Source: Candidatus Binatia bacterium
GTDB lineage: Bacteria > Desulfobacterota > Binatia > HRBIN30
NCBI GenBank assembly: GCA_038245295.1
Contig: JBBRSP010000001.1
Location: forward strand, 1-64,000
DNA: 64,000 nucleotides
Reading direction: 5' to 3'
This document shows, one piece after another, positions 37,936 to 47,725 of the stretch; position 1 is the stretch's first letter; the number at the start of each line of letters is the position of its first letter. The notes below the pieces were generated by a model that saw only the letters and a list, made by a program, of their open reading frames with translations, was not told the DNA's origin and made no database searches. A program made the translations under genes and the position numbers.

Positions 37936-38040
37936 CTGGAGTCCACGGACCTAAAAGGATGCCATTTTACGTTCCGGAGAGACCCGCAAGTCGTTGAGGG
38001 AGTGGTCGGGTATATGAGCGGCGGGGGGGGGGGACTCGTT

Positions 38041-38072
38041 AGACAGGGCGCCGCCAAACGCGCGCCCTGTCT
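38041..38072. terminator. Hairpin downstream of the minus-strand HTH gene
   Basis: AGACAGGGCGC / GCGCCCTGTCT 11-bp IR. Confidence 0.45.
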
Positions 38073-38083
38073 CGTTGTTTCGA

Positions 38084-39052
38084 CTAGGATGAAACTGCCG
38101 CGGCGTGTGCCGGCGACTCTCGGTCAGCGAGAATCCGGCGCAGATGCTGGATACTGATCTTATCGACGACGCGGTCTCTAATCAGGGCCGCGCGCAGAGC
38201 ACGCAATGACCACGTATTTCGCTGGATCCCGACATCGCTGGGTGACCGGCCAGCGTACGTGGCAATGGCAAGACGTATCTCCGGGGTAAAGACCGTCGGC
38301 GCCACACGCCTTCGCGCCGTTTGCAGCGCCAGGATGCCATGCCGCTGAAAACGTTGCGTCCAACGACGAACGGAATTTCGCCCCACTCCCAGTGCTGTGG
38401 CAATTTCCGTTTCATTCAAGCCCGCGGATCGTGCCAGGACAATGCGCGCCCGGCGACCGACTTCGACGTTGAGATGCTGCGTGAGATTTTCAAGCCCCTG
38501 ACGAACTTCATCTGACAGAACGACGCCTTTTGATCCGTCGCGCTGCCAGTACTGCTCAGGGAGAGGTAGTGGCCGGACCAGTTGCCTGAGGGTTTCGACG
38601 CTGATGTTACGGACCACGCCACGACGCACCAAGTGGGTTCGAAGTCGGCGGAGCGACCAATTTGAAAACGATTCGCCGACCTCGATTGGCGACGACATCG
38701 CTACACGTGCCACCGCATCTTGGATTGTGTCGTTGAAGCGGCGCTTCCTTGCCTTCCCGGCCGAGCCGTGAGCTAAGCCAGCGACACCCGAGCGCTGAAA
38801 GCGCGACAGCCAGCGCCGCGCGGTCGCACGATCAATCCCCAAGATGCGTGAAATCTGACTGAGAGAGTTTCCTTCATGTCTCAGAAGGACGATTCGAGCG
38901 TGCCTACTTGTACTGGGTGTGCCCTCGCCAGCCAGCCACTGCAACTCAGCGAAAACACCTGGCAAGATGTGAATCGAAGCTCCCCCGTCCGAGCCGTGGG
39001 TCGACTCGTCGTCTTCTTGAAAGGTCTCGTTGATCGACCCTTCTTTCATCAC
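38084..39052 (-). CDS. Tandem-duplicated IS630-type HTH/winged-helix protein with no DDE domain
   Basis: Two ~110-aa units RxARIVL...RRWxxRFQRxG...WSLRxLRxxL...IS...LR; GAGGGAG RBS. Confidence 0.8.
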   Translation of the reverse strand: MMKEGSINETFQEDDESTHGSDGGASIHILPGVFAELQWLAGEGTPSTSRHARIVLLRHEGNSLSQISRILGIDRATARRWLSRFQRSGVAGLAHGSAGKARKRRFNDTIQDAVARVAMSSPIEVGESFSNWSLRRLRTHLVRRGVVRNISVETLRQLVRPLPLPEQYWQRDGSKGVVLSDEVRQGLENLTQHLNVEVGRRARIVLARSAGLNETEIATALGVGRNSVRRWTQRFQRHGILALQTARRRVAPTVFTPEIRLAIATYAGRSPSDVGIQRNTWSLRALRAALIRDRVVDKISIQHLRRILADRESPAHAAAVSS

Positions 39053-39119
39053 AAGCCGTTCTCCCTCATCACCCGGCCACGCTTACTCCGCTCAGCGCCA
39101 GAAGGCAAGCCCATCGCTA

Positions 39120-39269
39120 TCAGACCTCGTCCCAATCCGGGCCTTGGATCTCGGTGCAAGACTTCTCGGCCGTTGCGTTGCGATCTGCGCAGGAACGGAT
39201 CTCTCGAGTGGCGGATACCTGGCCTTCGACTGGGGCGAGATCTGATTCCGGACGTTCCACATTGTGCAT
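39120..39269 (-). CDS. 49-aa small ORF (below the ORF-track cutoff)
   Basis: GAGGAGG RBS 5 nt before ATG; MHNVERPESDLAPVEGQVSATREIRSCADRNATAEKSCTEIQGPDWDEV; sigma54 motif directly upstream. Confidence 0.55.
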   Translation of the reverse strand: MHNVERPESDLAPVEGQVSATREIRSCADRNATAEKSCTEIQGPDWDEV

Positions 39270-39298
39270 GCGATCCTCCTCGATGAAGAAGATCTCAT

Positions 39299-39314
39299 TG
39301 CAATCATCTCGCCA
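39299..39314 (-). promoter_or_regulatory. Sigma54 -24/-12 promoter
   Basis: Minus strand TGGCGA-GATGA-TTGCA (GG-N10-GC). Confidence 0.6.
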
Positions 39315-39408
39315 CCAGTCCTAGGCCCACACAGCCTCCCGTTTCAGGGGAGCAGGCTAGATCGGGTGACCTGATATCGGAACACTCATCCGGAACTTGT
39401 GTCGCTTC

Positions 39409-40065
39409 TTATCGTCGGCGCTTGCGTGGGGCGGCCTGCGTTTCCGAGAGTTTGTCGACTACGCTCACCGTCCTCATCGCGGCTCGTTCCGCCGCGGCAC
39501 TCTGCTCAGCTGCCTGGTCAGCGGCGACCGTTGCTCGATCTGCTGCTGCCTCCATCCGCGCGATGATGGCATCCAAGTTCGACTCGGGCGCCGGCCTCAG
39601 GGGTGGTGCAGCCGATACTGTTTCGGCCGGAGCGGCCGGCTCGGCTTCCGCCGGTGGAGCTAGGGCTGCTTCGATCTGCAGGCGCTTTGCGCCGGGTATG
39701 CCACCCTGGAACTTCAGCGCACCTAAGTCGCTAGCTGCAGGGATAGCGGGGAGGCGCCCGAAGTCGGCCTCGATGTTCCGGTGGAGGTAGTAAACGCGAA
39801 CCTCGTACGTTTCCCACGGCCAATCGGGTGTGATCTCTTGAATCTCGGCAAAATTGGGTTGTCCGTAAAGCTCAAGATACTCTCTTAGGTCAGCGTTCTT
39901 GGCTGCTTCTGCGTCAAGGGTCGCATTGGAGATGGAGTAGGCTTCGCCGACTTCAATGATGTAGGGCCGCCGAGCCGTCCGTTCGCGTCGCACATCGGCG
40001 TGGCCTGGCACTGCGGCGAAGGCGCTTAACGCGAATACAATCAACGCGACAATGGGTTTTGACAT
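39409..40065 (-). CDS. Secreted hypothetical protein with Ala-rich coiled-coil C-terminus
   Basis: GGAGGA RBS, MSKPIVALIVFALSAFAAVPGHA signal peptide. Confidence 0.75.
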   Translation of the reverse strand: MSKPIVALIVFALSAFAAVPGHADVRRERTARRPYIIEVGEAYSISNATLDAEAAKNADLREYLELYGQPNFAEIQEITPDWPWETYEVRVYYLHRNIEADFGRLPAIPAASDLGALKFQGGIPGAKRLQIEAALAPPAEAEPAAPAETVSAAPPLRPAPESNLDAIIARMEAAADRATVAADQAAEQSAAAERAAMRTVSVVDKLSETQAAPRKRRR

Positions 40066-40160
40066 GATGATCCTCCCGGGTACGAGAGCGTACGGGAGGC
40101 GGCGTATGTGGTCAAGCGACATTTGCCGGCGGTGCATGCCCTAGCGTGTTCTGGTAGAAA

Positions 40161-42764
40161 ATGAGGACCACGATGCCTAATCAGCCGTCTCCGACCCTCT
40201 ACATCATCGACGCGAGTTCCTACGTCTATCGAGCCTTTCACGCCCTGCCACCGCTCACGAGCTCTTCGGGTGAACCCGTCAACGCGGTTCTGGGCTTCAC
40301 CACAATGATCCTGAAGCTTCTCAAAATGGTGCAACCCACGGCGCTCATCGCCGTCTTTGATCAACCCCAGCGGACGTTTCGGGATGATCTCTATCCAGCC
40401 TACAAGGCAAACCGTGAGGCGATGCCAAGTGAGTTGGTTTCTCAAATGGACGGCGTTCACTCGATGGTGAAGGCCTTTCAAATCCGATCTGTCTCCGTGG
40501 CAGGCGTTGAAGCCGACGATGTCATCGCGACTCTCGCCAGGCAGGTGACGCCCCGCCTGGACGTCGTCGTGATCACCGGCGACAAAGACTTGGCCCAAAT
40601 CGTTGACGATCATGTCCGTCTCTGGGACACGATGCGTGATCGCTGGTTCGACCCCGCAGCGGTGCGGGAGAGGTTTGGGGTTGCCCCAGCGCAGATCGCC
40701 GATCTCATGGCACTGATGGGGGACGCCATCGATAACGTACCTGGGGTACCCGGCATCGGTGCCAAAACCGCCGCCGCCTTACTGCAGGAATTTGGCTCCC
40801 TGGAAACGATTCTGCAGTCCCTTGAGCAGGTTGCTGCAATGAAGGGGTTGCGCGGCGCCACGAAGGTTGCGGCGGCGCTCCGCGAGCACGCTTCGTTGGC
40901 GCTATTGAGCCAAAACCTGACCAGGTTGAAAGGTGACGTCCCGTTGAGCGCCGATGCCACGGCCTTTGAATACGGCGGTCCAGATCTTGAGGCTCTCCGC
41001 CTGCAGTTCGAACACCATGGGTTCCAGCGCCTCCTGAAGGAATTCGCGACCAGCACGCTTCCCAACCCCGTCGAGGCGGCGGCACGCTGGGGGCCTGGTG
41101 AGATCGATCAGATCCTCGACGCGGCGGCAAAAAGCAGTGCCGTGGGCTTTGCTTGTGAGACGGTCGCTGACGAAGTCGTGCTCGGTCTCGCAACAAGCGA
41201 TGGCCTGCGCGGGTGTTTTCGCGGCTCGCGTGAAGATGTCGACAGGTTACTCCCCCTGTTCGCCGACTCGGCGATCGCCAAGATCACATACGACCTGAAG
41301 TCGAACCTGCTCCGCCTAGGCGGCTCCTTTGACGATATGGCGAGCCTGTCCGATGTGATGATTGCTTCATACTTGCTCGAGGCCTCGACGACGCATCGTC
41401 TGGAAGATCTGAGTGCGCAGATCCTCGGTGAGGCACTACTCAGCGAGAGCGAGCCCCTGGAGGATCGCCTTACCGGTATCGCATCGATATCGATGCGATT
41501 GGCAACGCGTCTTGACCAACAGATCCGCGATCAAGATATGGAAGGACTCTACCGCGATGTCGAAATCCCTCTGGCGCGAGTACTCGCCCGCATGGAGCGC
41601 GAAGGGATCTTCCTCGACACAGCCATCCTCGAGGCGATGAGCGTCGAGTTGAACGTGCGTGCCCAAAAGCTGGAGAGCGAGATCTACGAGTTGGCCGGCG
41701 GACCCTTCAATATCAGTTCACCACCTCAACTGCGCGAGCTTCTCTTCGGGAAGCTTGCCCTACCGACAAAGGGTGTGAAACGCGGCAAGACCGGGCTATC
41801 GACCGACGTGGATGTATTGACCCGCCTGTCGCTGGTGCATCCCCTACCCAAACGGATCCTCGACTATCGGAGTGTCACCAAGCTGAAATCGACCTACGTC
41901 GATGCTCTGCCGGCAGCGGTCGACCCAATAACCCATCGGTTACACAGCTCCTTCAACCAAACCATCGCGGCTACCGGTCGCTTGAGCTCGAGCAACCCGA
42001 ATCTCCAGAATATTCCGATCCGAGGCGAGGATGGCCGGCGAATTCGATCTGCTTTCGTGGCGCCGCTCGGACACCATCTGCTGGTCGCCGACTATTCGCA
42101 GATCGAGCTCCGAGTGCTGGCGCATCTGACGGAGGACGAGGGTTTGCGGGAGGCTTTCCGGAAGAATGCCGATATCCATGCCGAAACAGCCTCGACGGTC
42201 TTCGGCGTTCTACCGGGGTTGGTTTCGCCGGAGATGCGGCGCGTCGCCAAGGTGATCAATTTTGGTGTGATTTACGGCATGGGCGCGGTGAGTCTGGCGA
42301 AGGAGATCGGCAGCAGCACTGGTGAGGCGGAGCGGTATATCCATGACTATTTTGAGCGGCATGTGCGGGTCCGCGACTACATTGAGCGAGTCCGGGCGCA
42401 AGCCCGAGCGACAGGCTACGTATCAACGATATTAGGGAGGAGACGGGCCGTCCCGAATATCGCGAGCGCCGATCGCAACCTACAGCAATTGGCCGAGCGG
42501 ATCGCGACAAATACACCGATCCAGGGCTCGGCCGCAGATCTGATCAAGGTTGCCATGGTGCATCTGGATGCTGAGCTGAAGAGAACAGGCTATGCGGCGC
42601 GGCTCGTGTTGCAAGTCCACGACGAATTGGTGTTTGAGGTCGAGGATGGATGTCTTGCCGAGGTCACGGAACTCGTGCGGACAGGAATGGAGGGCGCGTA
42701 TCCACTCCTGGTACCGCTTGTCGTCTCGATTGGTGTCGGAAAAAATTGGTCGCAAGCACATTAG
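40161..42764 (+). CDS. polA: DNA polymerase I
   Basis: RAFHA, EADDVI, GDKD, PGVPGIG, TGRLSSSNPNLQNIP, DYSQIELR, AKVINFG, QVHDEL. Confidence 0.98.
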   Translation: MRTTMPNQPSPTLYIIDASSYVYRAFHALPPLTSSSGEPVNAVLGFTTMILKLLKMVQPTALIAVFDQPQRTFRDDLYPAYKANREAMPSELVSQMDGVHSMVKAFQIRSVSVAGVEADDVIATLARQVTPRLDVVVITGDKDLAQIVDDHVRLWDTMRDRWFDPAAVRERFGVAPAQIADLMALMGDAIDNVPGVPGIGAKTAAALLQEFGSLETILQSLEQVAAMKGLRGATKVAAALREHASLALLSQNLTRLKGDVPLSADATAFEYGGPDLEALRLQFEHHGFQRLLKEFATSTLPNPVEAAARWGPGEIDQILDAAAKSSAVGFACETVADEVVLGLATSDGLRGCFRGSREDVDRLLPLFADSAIAKITYDLKSNLLRLGGSFDDMASLSDVMIASYLLEASTTHRLEDLSAQILGEALLSESEPLEDRLTGIASISMRLATRLDQQIRDQDMEGLYRDVEIPLARVLARMEREGIFLDTAILEAMSVELNVRAQKLESEIYELAGGPFNISSPPQLRELLFGKLALPTKGVKRGKTGLSTDVDVLTRLSLVHPLPKRILDYRSVTKLKSTYVDALPAAVDPITHRLHSSFNQTIAATGRLSSSNPNLQNIPIRGEDGRRIRSAFVAPLGHHLLVADYSQIELRVLAHLTEDEGLREAFRKNADIHAETASTVFGVLPGLVSPEMRRVAKVINFGVIYGMGAVSLAKEIGSSTGEAERYIHDYFERHVRVRDYIERVRAQARATGYVSTILGRRRAVPNIASADRNLQQLAERIATNTPIQGSAADLIKVAMVHLDAELKRTGYAARLVLQVHDELVFEVEDGCLAEVTELVRTGMEGAYPLLVPLVVSIGVGKNWSQAH

Positions 42765-42817
42765 AAAGGGCCCGGCGGTGAATATCGATCCAGGGGCTGC
42801 GTCGGAGCGGGGACGTT

Positions 42818-43396
42818 GTGGAGCGAACTGACAGTGAGCTTGTTCGAGAGACCAGACGGGGCGACAAGGATGCGTTTCGTGAACTGGTCGAGCGCTATCA
42901 GCGCAAAATCACCAGCGTTGCCCTCGGTATGGTCCGGAACCATGACGATGCGATGGAGATTGCCCAAGATACGTTTATCAAGGCCTACCAGAACTTGGAT
43001 GGGTTCAAGGGCGATTCGAGCTTCTACACATGGCTGTACCGCATCGTCGTCAACCGCGCCATTGACGTCCAGCGCCGAGAGCGCCGTCATCCCGTTGTCG
43101 CTGTTGAGGACCGGTTCGCATCCGACGATGGATCCGATCCCTACGAGAGAATTCACGTCGAACACCAACGTGGAGATCCGCATGAACAAACACAGTCCAA
43201 AGAGATCGGAGGGCGAGTGAAGCAAGCCATCGACGAGTTGACCCCCGATCACAAAGCCGTCATACTTTTGCGTGAGGTTGAAGGTCTTTCCTACGACGAG
43301 ATCAGTCGAATCATGCAGTGTTCTCTGGGTACCGTGATGAGTCGCCTCCATTATGCGCGCAAGAAGCTTCAGCGCAGCCTCAAGGACTGTATGTGA
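42818..43396 (+). CDS. ECF sigma factor (RpoE-like)
   Basis: AFRELVERYQ, FKGDSSFYTWLYRI, GLSYDEIS, GTVMSRL. Confidence 0.93.
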   Translation: MERTDSELVRETRRGDKDAFRELVERYQRKITSVALGMVRNHDDAMEIAQDTFIKAYQNLDGFKGDSSFYTWLYRIVVNRAIDVQRRERRHPVVAVEDRFASDDGSDPYERIHVEHQRGDPHEQTQSKEIGGRVKQAIDELTPDHKAVILLREVEGLSYDEISRIMQCSLGTVMSRLHYARKKLQRSLKDCM

Positions 43397-43438
43397 TGCG
43401 GCCGCTGACTCCCAAACAACGTAGAGATCGGGGCGGTT

Positions 43439-43996
43439 ATGCAAGCCGCTGAGTCACCTCTCTCCTGCAAAGACGTGGACGGACTGCTTCCCCTCTTCCT
43501 TGACGGGGAACTCGATGCGCGGCAGATGCGCGCCGTCGCCTTACACGGTAGTCGTTGTCTCGAATGCGAAAATGAGATCCGCTCCCTGGAGCGTCTCCAC
43601 GTCTTGATCAAGTCCACCGTTGAGGAGCAACTCGAGGCGGTCGACTTTTCTCACTTTTGGAACGATCTGAGCGCCAAACTTCCCCCGAAACGGTTGTCTT
43701 GGGCAACCCGGCTCCGCTCTCGCTGGGGTGACGCAGAAGGGTTCCGCTTCAATCCATACGTTGGATTGGCCGCGGCTGCGGCAGCTGCAGCTCTAGGCTT
43801 CCTACTCCTTAACACGCCGACAACACCGACGGTGCAGCCGGCGGCCCAGCAAGTTGCGTCGCAGGAAGACCCCGCGTCGATCGATTCGCTTTCTAGCGAT
43901 GTTAGCTCCGTTGCGGTCGTCAACGACCCCGAAACGAGCACAGCAGTTCTGTGGGTGAGCGACGATACGGTGGTCGACGACGGAGCCAACCGATGA
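43439..43996 (+). CDS. Zinc-binding (ZAS) anti-sigma factor, one TM
   Basis: C...LDGEL...HGSRCLEC (HxxxCxxC); adjacent to the ECF sigma gene. Confidence 0.85.
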   Translation: MQAAESPLSCKDVDGLLPLFLDGELDARQMRAVALHGSRCLECENEIRSLERLHVLIKSTVEEQLEAVDFSHFWNDLSAKLPPKRLSWATRLRSRWGDAEGFRFNPYVGLAAAAAAAALGFLLLNTPTTPTVQPAAQQVASQEDPASIDSLSSDVSSVAVVNDPETSTAVLWVSDDTVVDDGANR

Positions 43997-44478
43997 CCTG
44001 GTTGGCTCTCACGGTGGCGAGTGCGGTGGTGGCCTTCGTCACCTCTGGGGCAATTGCTCAGGACGCCGTCGGACCCCTCGGCGTAGTGCCCGACACAGTT
44101 GAAATCCGGATTGGTGCCGTCATCGCTAGTAATACGGGTACGGACTTCGATCCACGATTGGTCGCCCTACGCCATCAGTTCAACGCCCTCTTCCAGTACA
44201 CCTCCTATCAACTTCTCAAGGAAGAGCGCCAACGGGTCGCGTGGGGCGGCCGCGCTGGGTTTGATATTCCTGGAGGCCGCTACGTCGTTGTCGTTCCGCG
44301 GGAATACAAAAATGAGCGGGTGTCGATGAAGGTCATGGTAATCGAAGGAACGCGCCCGATTATCGATACGGTACTGTCTTTACGCGATCATGCGACCCTG
44401 CTGGTCGGAGGTCCACGGCAACGCGACGGAGTCCTGATTTTGTCGATTGGGGCCGATACGCCGAGGGTGCAACCATGA
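43993..44478 (+). CDS. Periplasmic hypothetical protein in the ECF operon
   Basis: ATGA overlap with the anti-sigma gene; signal peptide; LLVGGP near the C-terminus. Confidence 0.75.
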   Translation: MTWLALTVASAVVAFVTSGAIAQDAVGPLGVVPDTVEIRIGAVIASNTGTDFDPRLVALRHQFNALFQYTSYQLLKEERQRVAWGGRAGFDIPGGRYVVVVPREYKNERVSMKVMVIEGTRPIIDTVLSLRDHATLLVGGPRQRDGVLILSIGADTPRVQP

Positions 44479-44741
44479 TCTTGGACCTCGCCCGTTTTCT
44501 GTCTCAGGCCTTCAGCGCGGCTGACTCCGTTACGCGTGCTCTAATGCTCTGGGGACCGTCGTCCGGCTTCCCAAACCCATGGATGAACACCCTCGCTGCC
44601 TTGGGTGCGTTGGCCTTGTTAGCCGTGGCTGCCGGCGTTGCCGTGGGATCACTGAGCTCTCTGCTTGTCGCATCCCTGGTGTTGTACCTTCTCCTGACCG
44701 ACGTTTTTGGTGTGGCGATCGAACTGAACAACCCGGCCTGA
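44475..44741 (+). CDS. Small membrane protein
   Basis: ATGA overlap; long hydrophobic segment. Confidence 0.65.
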   Translation: MILDLARFLSQAFSAADSVTRALMLWGPSSGFPNPWMNTLAALGALALLAVAAGVAVGSLSSLLVASLVLYLLLTDVFGVAIELNNPA

Positions 44742-44757
44742 GCCGGACAGACCGGGC

Positions 44758-46020
44758 TTACGCCCGGCCTGCCTTGTCGCGGTAGTATTCAATCAGCAAG
44801 CTTGAGATCTCCGGTCGCAGAATGCGTGCGTCCGGTTTCTCACCTCCCGTGAGCAGGTCGCGGATCTTCGAGCCAGAGATCGATACCGGTTTCTCGTCGG
44901 CGTGGTTTTCCATGAGATCAACCCGGCCGACGCTCTCGAAGTAAGCGGCGAACCCGATGTTGCACGGGCGCGTTCGTAAATCGCCTTTCAGGTGGTTGAA
45001 GATCTCCTGTGCGTCGAAGTCTCCCCAAATCGGCGAACCGTCTTTGTACGGCGCGTCCGCGTGCTTGCGGCCGATGACGATGTCGGTGAAGCCATGATTT
45101 TGCCGATAGATCGCGTGCATGACGGCTTCCTTGGGCCCGCCGTACAGCATCTTGATGTCCAAGCCGACGAGTTCGAATACGTCGGTTAGGTCGTAGCCGC
45201 GATCTTTCCACAGAGCATCGTCCTTGTCTCCCTGCCCCAGAAGTTGCCCGTCGTGCAGAGCGCGGTAACAGCGCATGCGTACACGCGCCGGAACGTCATC
45301 GCCCTTGAGCTCACCGATGAGAGGATTGAGGACGACCCCGGCAAAGCTGCCTTCTCGCGTCAGACGCTCGACGCCGGCGACGAGCGCGTACTCGTGCGCT
45401 CGGTGCAATGGGTTACGCGTTTGGAAGGCGAGTGCACGCTCCCAACGACGCTCGGCAATCAGGGTGCGTGTCTGTCGCGGCGAGAAGACAAACTCGCCGT
45501 ATTCGGGGTCGATTCGCTGCGGCAGCGCCCAGATCTCGCCGCCCACGAGCTTGGTGCGTAGGTCCTCGGTGATGATCTGCCCGCCAGGGTGATCCATGCG
45601 ATTGGTGCCGTAGAACCGCTCGTTGTGTTTGGCCTTGTCCCAGTCGAATACATCGCTGATGCGCACCACGCCGACGATCGCACCCTCGTGGGCAAGGGCT
45701 GCCGAATGGCCAGGCTTCAGTGTTTTGGCCTCGTCATCGGTGACCGGCAACGAGATTGGAGCTGTCCATGCATAGTCCCGGAAGCCAAATTCGATGGAGG
45801 AGTTGTCGAGTACGTAATGCCATGTCTCTTCGTCCATGAATCCCGAGAGAGGCGACAGCGTGCCGTCCGCGATTCGATAAACCGTCGAGATATCGGCGCG
45901 GTTTACTTCGATGCGGGGCAGTGCACCGGCTTCGTGGAGAAACTGCTTGCGACGCGAGAGCGGTACGCTGCGCGAGACGGGCGCTTCTAGACCGCCATGA
46001 ACCTGGACCAGATCGGGCAT
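44758..46020 (-). CDS. sat: Sulfate adenylyltransferase (ATP sulfurylase)
   Basis: LSPLSGFM, FQTRNPLHRAHE, GPKEAVMHAIYRQN, GRKHA, ISGSKIR. Confidence 0.93.
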   Translation of the reverse strand: MPDLVQVHGGLEAPVSRSVPLSRRKQFLHEAGALPRIEVNRADISTVYRIADGTLSPLSGFMDEETWHYVLDNSSIEFGFRDYAWTAPISLPVTDDEAKTLKPGHSAALAHEGAIVGVVRISDVFDWDKAKHNERFYGTNRMDHPGGQIITEDLRTKLVGGEIWALPQRIDPEYGEFVFSPRQTRTLIAERRWERALAFQTRNPLHRAHEYALVAGVERLTREGSFAGVVLNPLIGELKGDDVPARVRMRCYRALHDGQLLGQGDKDDALWKDRGYDLTDVFELVGLDIKMLYGGPKEAVMHAIYRQNHGFTDIVIGRKHADAPYKDGSPIWGDFDAQEIFNHLKGDLRTRPCNIGFAAYFESVGRVDLMENHADEKPVSISGSKIRDLLTGGEKPDARILRPEISSLLIEYYRDKAGRA

Positions 46021-46081
46021 AATCGTAGACTCCTCTTCTTCGTGTCAGTTTCGCCGAGGCGGTGAACAACCGCGGTCGGCG

Positions 46082-46708
46082 TCAATTCCTGTTCGTTGCC
46101 TCAAGCCCATGGTGCGGGCAACCTTCGACGGGCACCGACGAGATCAACTGGTCGCGCGCCAGATCGACGAGAGTCGATGTGGCGGCGGCCGACAAACCCA
46201 CCAGGTTTCGTAGCACGGCGAGGCTGGAAATACCGGCGAGCACAAGGGCGGACACATCACTCCAAAGCCGGTTGCATTCAAACCCGGGAATGCGAGCAAC
46301 GCAGGCACTGCACCATTGCCCGGTGCTGTGGTCCCTGAGCGGGCCAAGGATCTGGGGCGAGCTGTTTGTTCCGATCAGCCACGTCGGGACCCCGGAGCGC
46401 AGAATCTGCTGCGCGTCTGCTTCGGTAATGGCTGCCGCCACTACCGCTGCATCAACCTGGGAAAGCGAGGTGCTGAGATCGGCCCCGTGCACGACGCGGG
46501 TATCGGGGTTGTCGATCCGAAGGGAGTTAGACGAAACCAGAAGGAGGCCGACCCCGGCACGACCCAAGTAGCTAGCGACGGTCTCCGCCAGGCAACCACT
46601 GCCCAGTACGAGAACCCCGGAGGCGAGCAGGTTCGACTGAGCCGCGCCATTCATGTCTGGCAGCAGCAATTGCCGGCTGTAGCGTTCGATCTGGTTGTCC
46701 GTCAGCAT
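46082..46708 (-). CDS. Degenerate ThiF/MoeB-like protein
   Basis: LTDNQIERYSRQLLL, eroded GSGCLA, CSAC; short. Confidence 0.7.
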   Translation of the reverse strand: MLTDNQIERYSRQLLLPDMNGAAQSNLLASGVLVLGSGCLAETVASYLGRAGVGLLLVSSNSLRIDNPDTRVVHGADLSTSLSQVDAAVVAAAITEADAQQILRSGVPTWLIGTNSSPQILGPLRDHSTGQWCSACVARIPGFECNRLWSDVSALVLAGISSLAVLRNLVGLSAAATSTLVDLARDQLISSVPVEGCPHHGLEATNRN

Positions 46709-46722
46709 CGCGACCCGGGTGT

Positions 46723-47709
46723 CTAGTGGTGCGACTGTTGGCGCTCGCGCCAATCTTGCCAGCCGGCCCACAAATTTGTACTCAAATATCGATCCCCGAA
46801 GTCACAGAAGATAGCGACAATGATACCGGCGTCGAGCTCTCTGGCGATCCGCAAGGCGCCCACCATCGCGGCACCGGAGGACTGGCCGACCACCAGCCCT
46901 TCTTCCGCGGCAAGGCGGTAGACCATTTCGTACGCGACATCGGTCCCTATGCTCAACTTCCGATCAAGCTCATTCTCATGGTAAATGCCCGGGACAATCG
47001 AGCTCTCCATGTGCTTGAGCCCTTCCAGTCCATGCCAGGCGTCGTCCGGCTCGATCGCCACAACCTGGACGCTGGAGTTCCGCGACTTCAGATACCTCCC
47101 AGTGCCCATGATCGTTCCGCCCGTTCCGATACCGGCGACGAAATGGGTGATTTGGCCTCCGGTATCGCCCCAGATCTCCGGTCCAGTGCTTTCGAAGTGG
47201 GCGCGCGGATTCACTTCGTTAAAGTACTGGTCGGGTTTGAAATACTTTCCCGGCGATTCGGCGATGATCTTGCGGCACAACAGGATGGCTCCATCGGAAC
47301 CTTCCAAGGGATCACTGAAAATCGTCTTCGCTCCGTAGGCGTTGACGATCCGTTTGCGTTCGATGCTCACATTGGCCGGCATGACCAGTTCAACCGGATA
47401 TCCGAGCGCCGCACCCGCCATGGCCAGGGCGATTCCCGTGTTCCCCGATGTCGAATCGAGTATGGTCTTGCCGGCGCAAAGCTTGCCGTTCTGCAGCCCG
47501 TCGCGGACCATCCAAACGGCGGGACGGTCCTTGACCGAGCCACCAGGGTTGAGGCCTTCCAACTTGGCGAAGATCCGCACCCGCGGTGGAACGTTGTCGC
47601 GCAGCCTCTTGATCTCGATGAGCGGTGTGTTGCCGACGAGATCGAGAATCGATTCCGCTTTGCGCGGCCGCTGGGTCAGCGCCGCATCCTGTGCCACCCG
47701 TGCCGCCAT
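46723..47709 (-). CDS. PLP-dependent cysteine synthase family protein (CysM-like)
   Basis: VGNTPL, KLEGLNPGGSVKDR, TSGNTG, GIGTGGT, GQSSGA, DFGDRYLS. Confidence 0.93.
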   Translation of the reverse strand: MAARVAQDAALTQRPRKAESILDLVGNTPLIEIKRLRDNVPPRVRIFAKLEGLNPGGSVKDRPAVWMVRDGLQNGKLCAGKTILDSTSGNTGIALAMAGAALGYPVELVMPANVSIERKRIVNAYGAKTIFSDPLEGSDGAILLCRKIIAESPGKYFKPDQYFNEVNPRAHFESTGPEIWGDTGGQITHFVAGIGTGGTIMGTGRYLKSRNSSVQVVAIEPDDAWHGLEGLKHMESSIVPGIYHENELDRKLSIGTDVAYEMVYRLAAEEGLVVGQSSGAAMVGALRIARELDAGIIVAIFCDFGDRYLSTNLWAGWQDWRERQQSHH

Positions 47710-47725
47710 GACGCGCTGACCAGAA

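Noticed and set aside
38015..38040. G11 tract resembling a tRNA 3' remnant or a phase-variable tract
   Set aside because: It lacks the T-loop complement GAACC and lies between convergent genes, outside any CDS or promoter.
38084..39052. Active IS630 element
   Set aside because: No DDE domain, frameshifted second ORF or terminal inverted repeats were seen.
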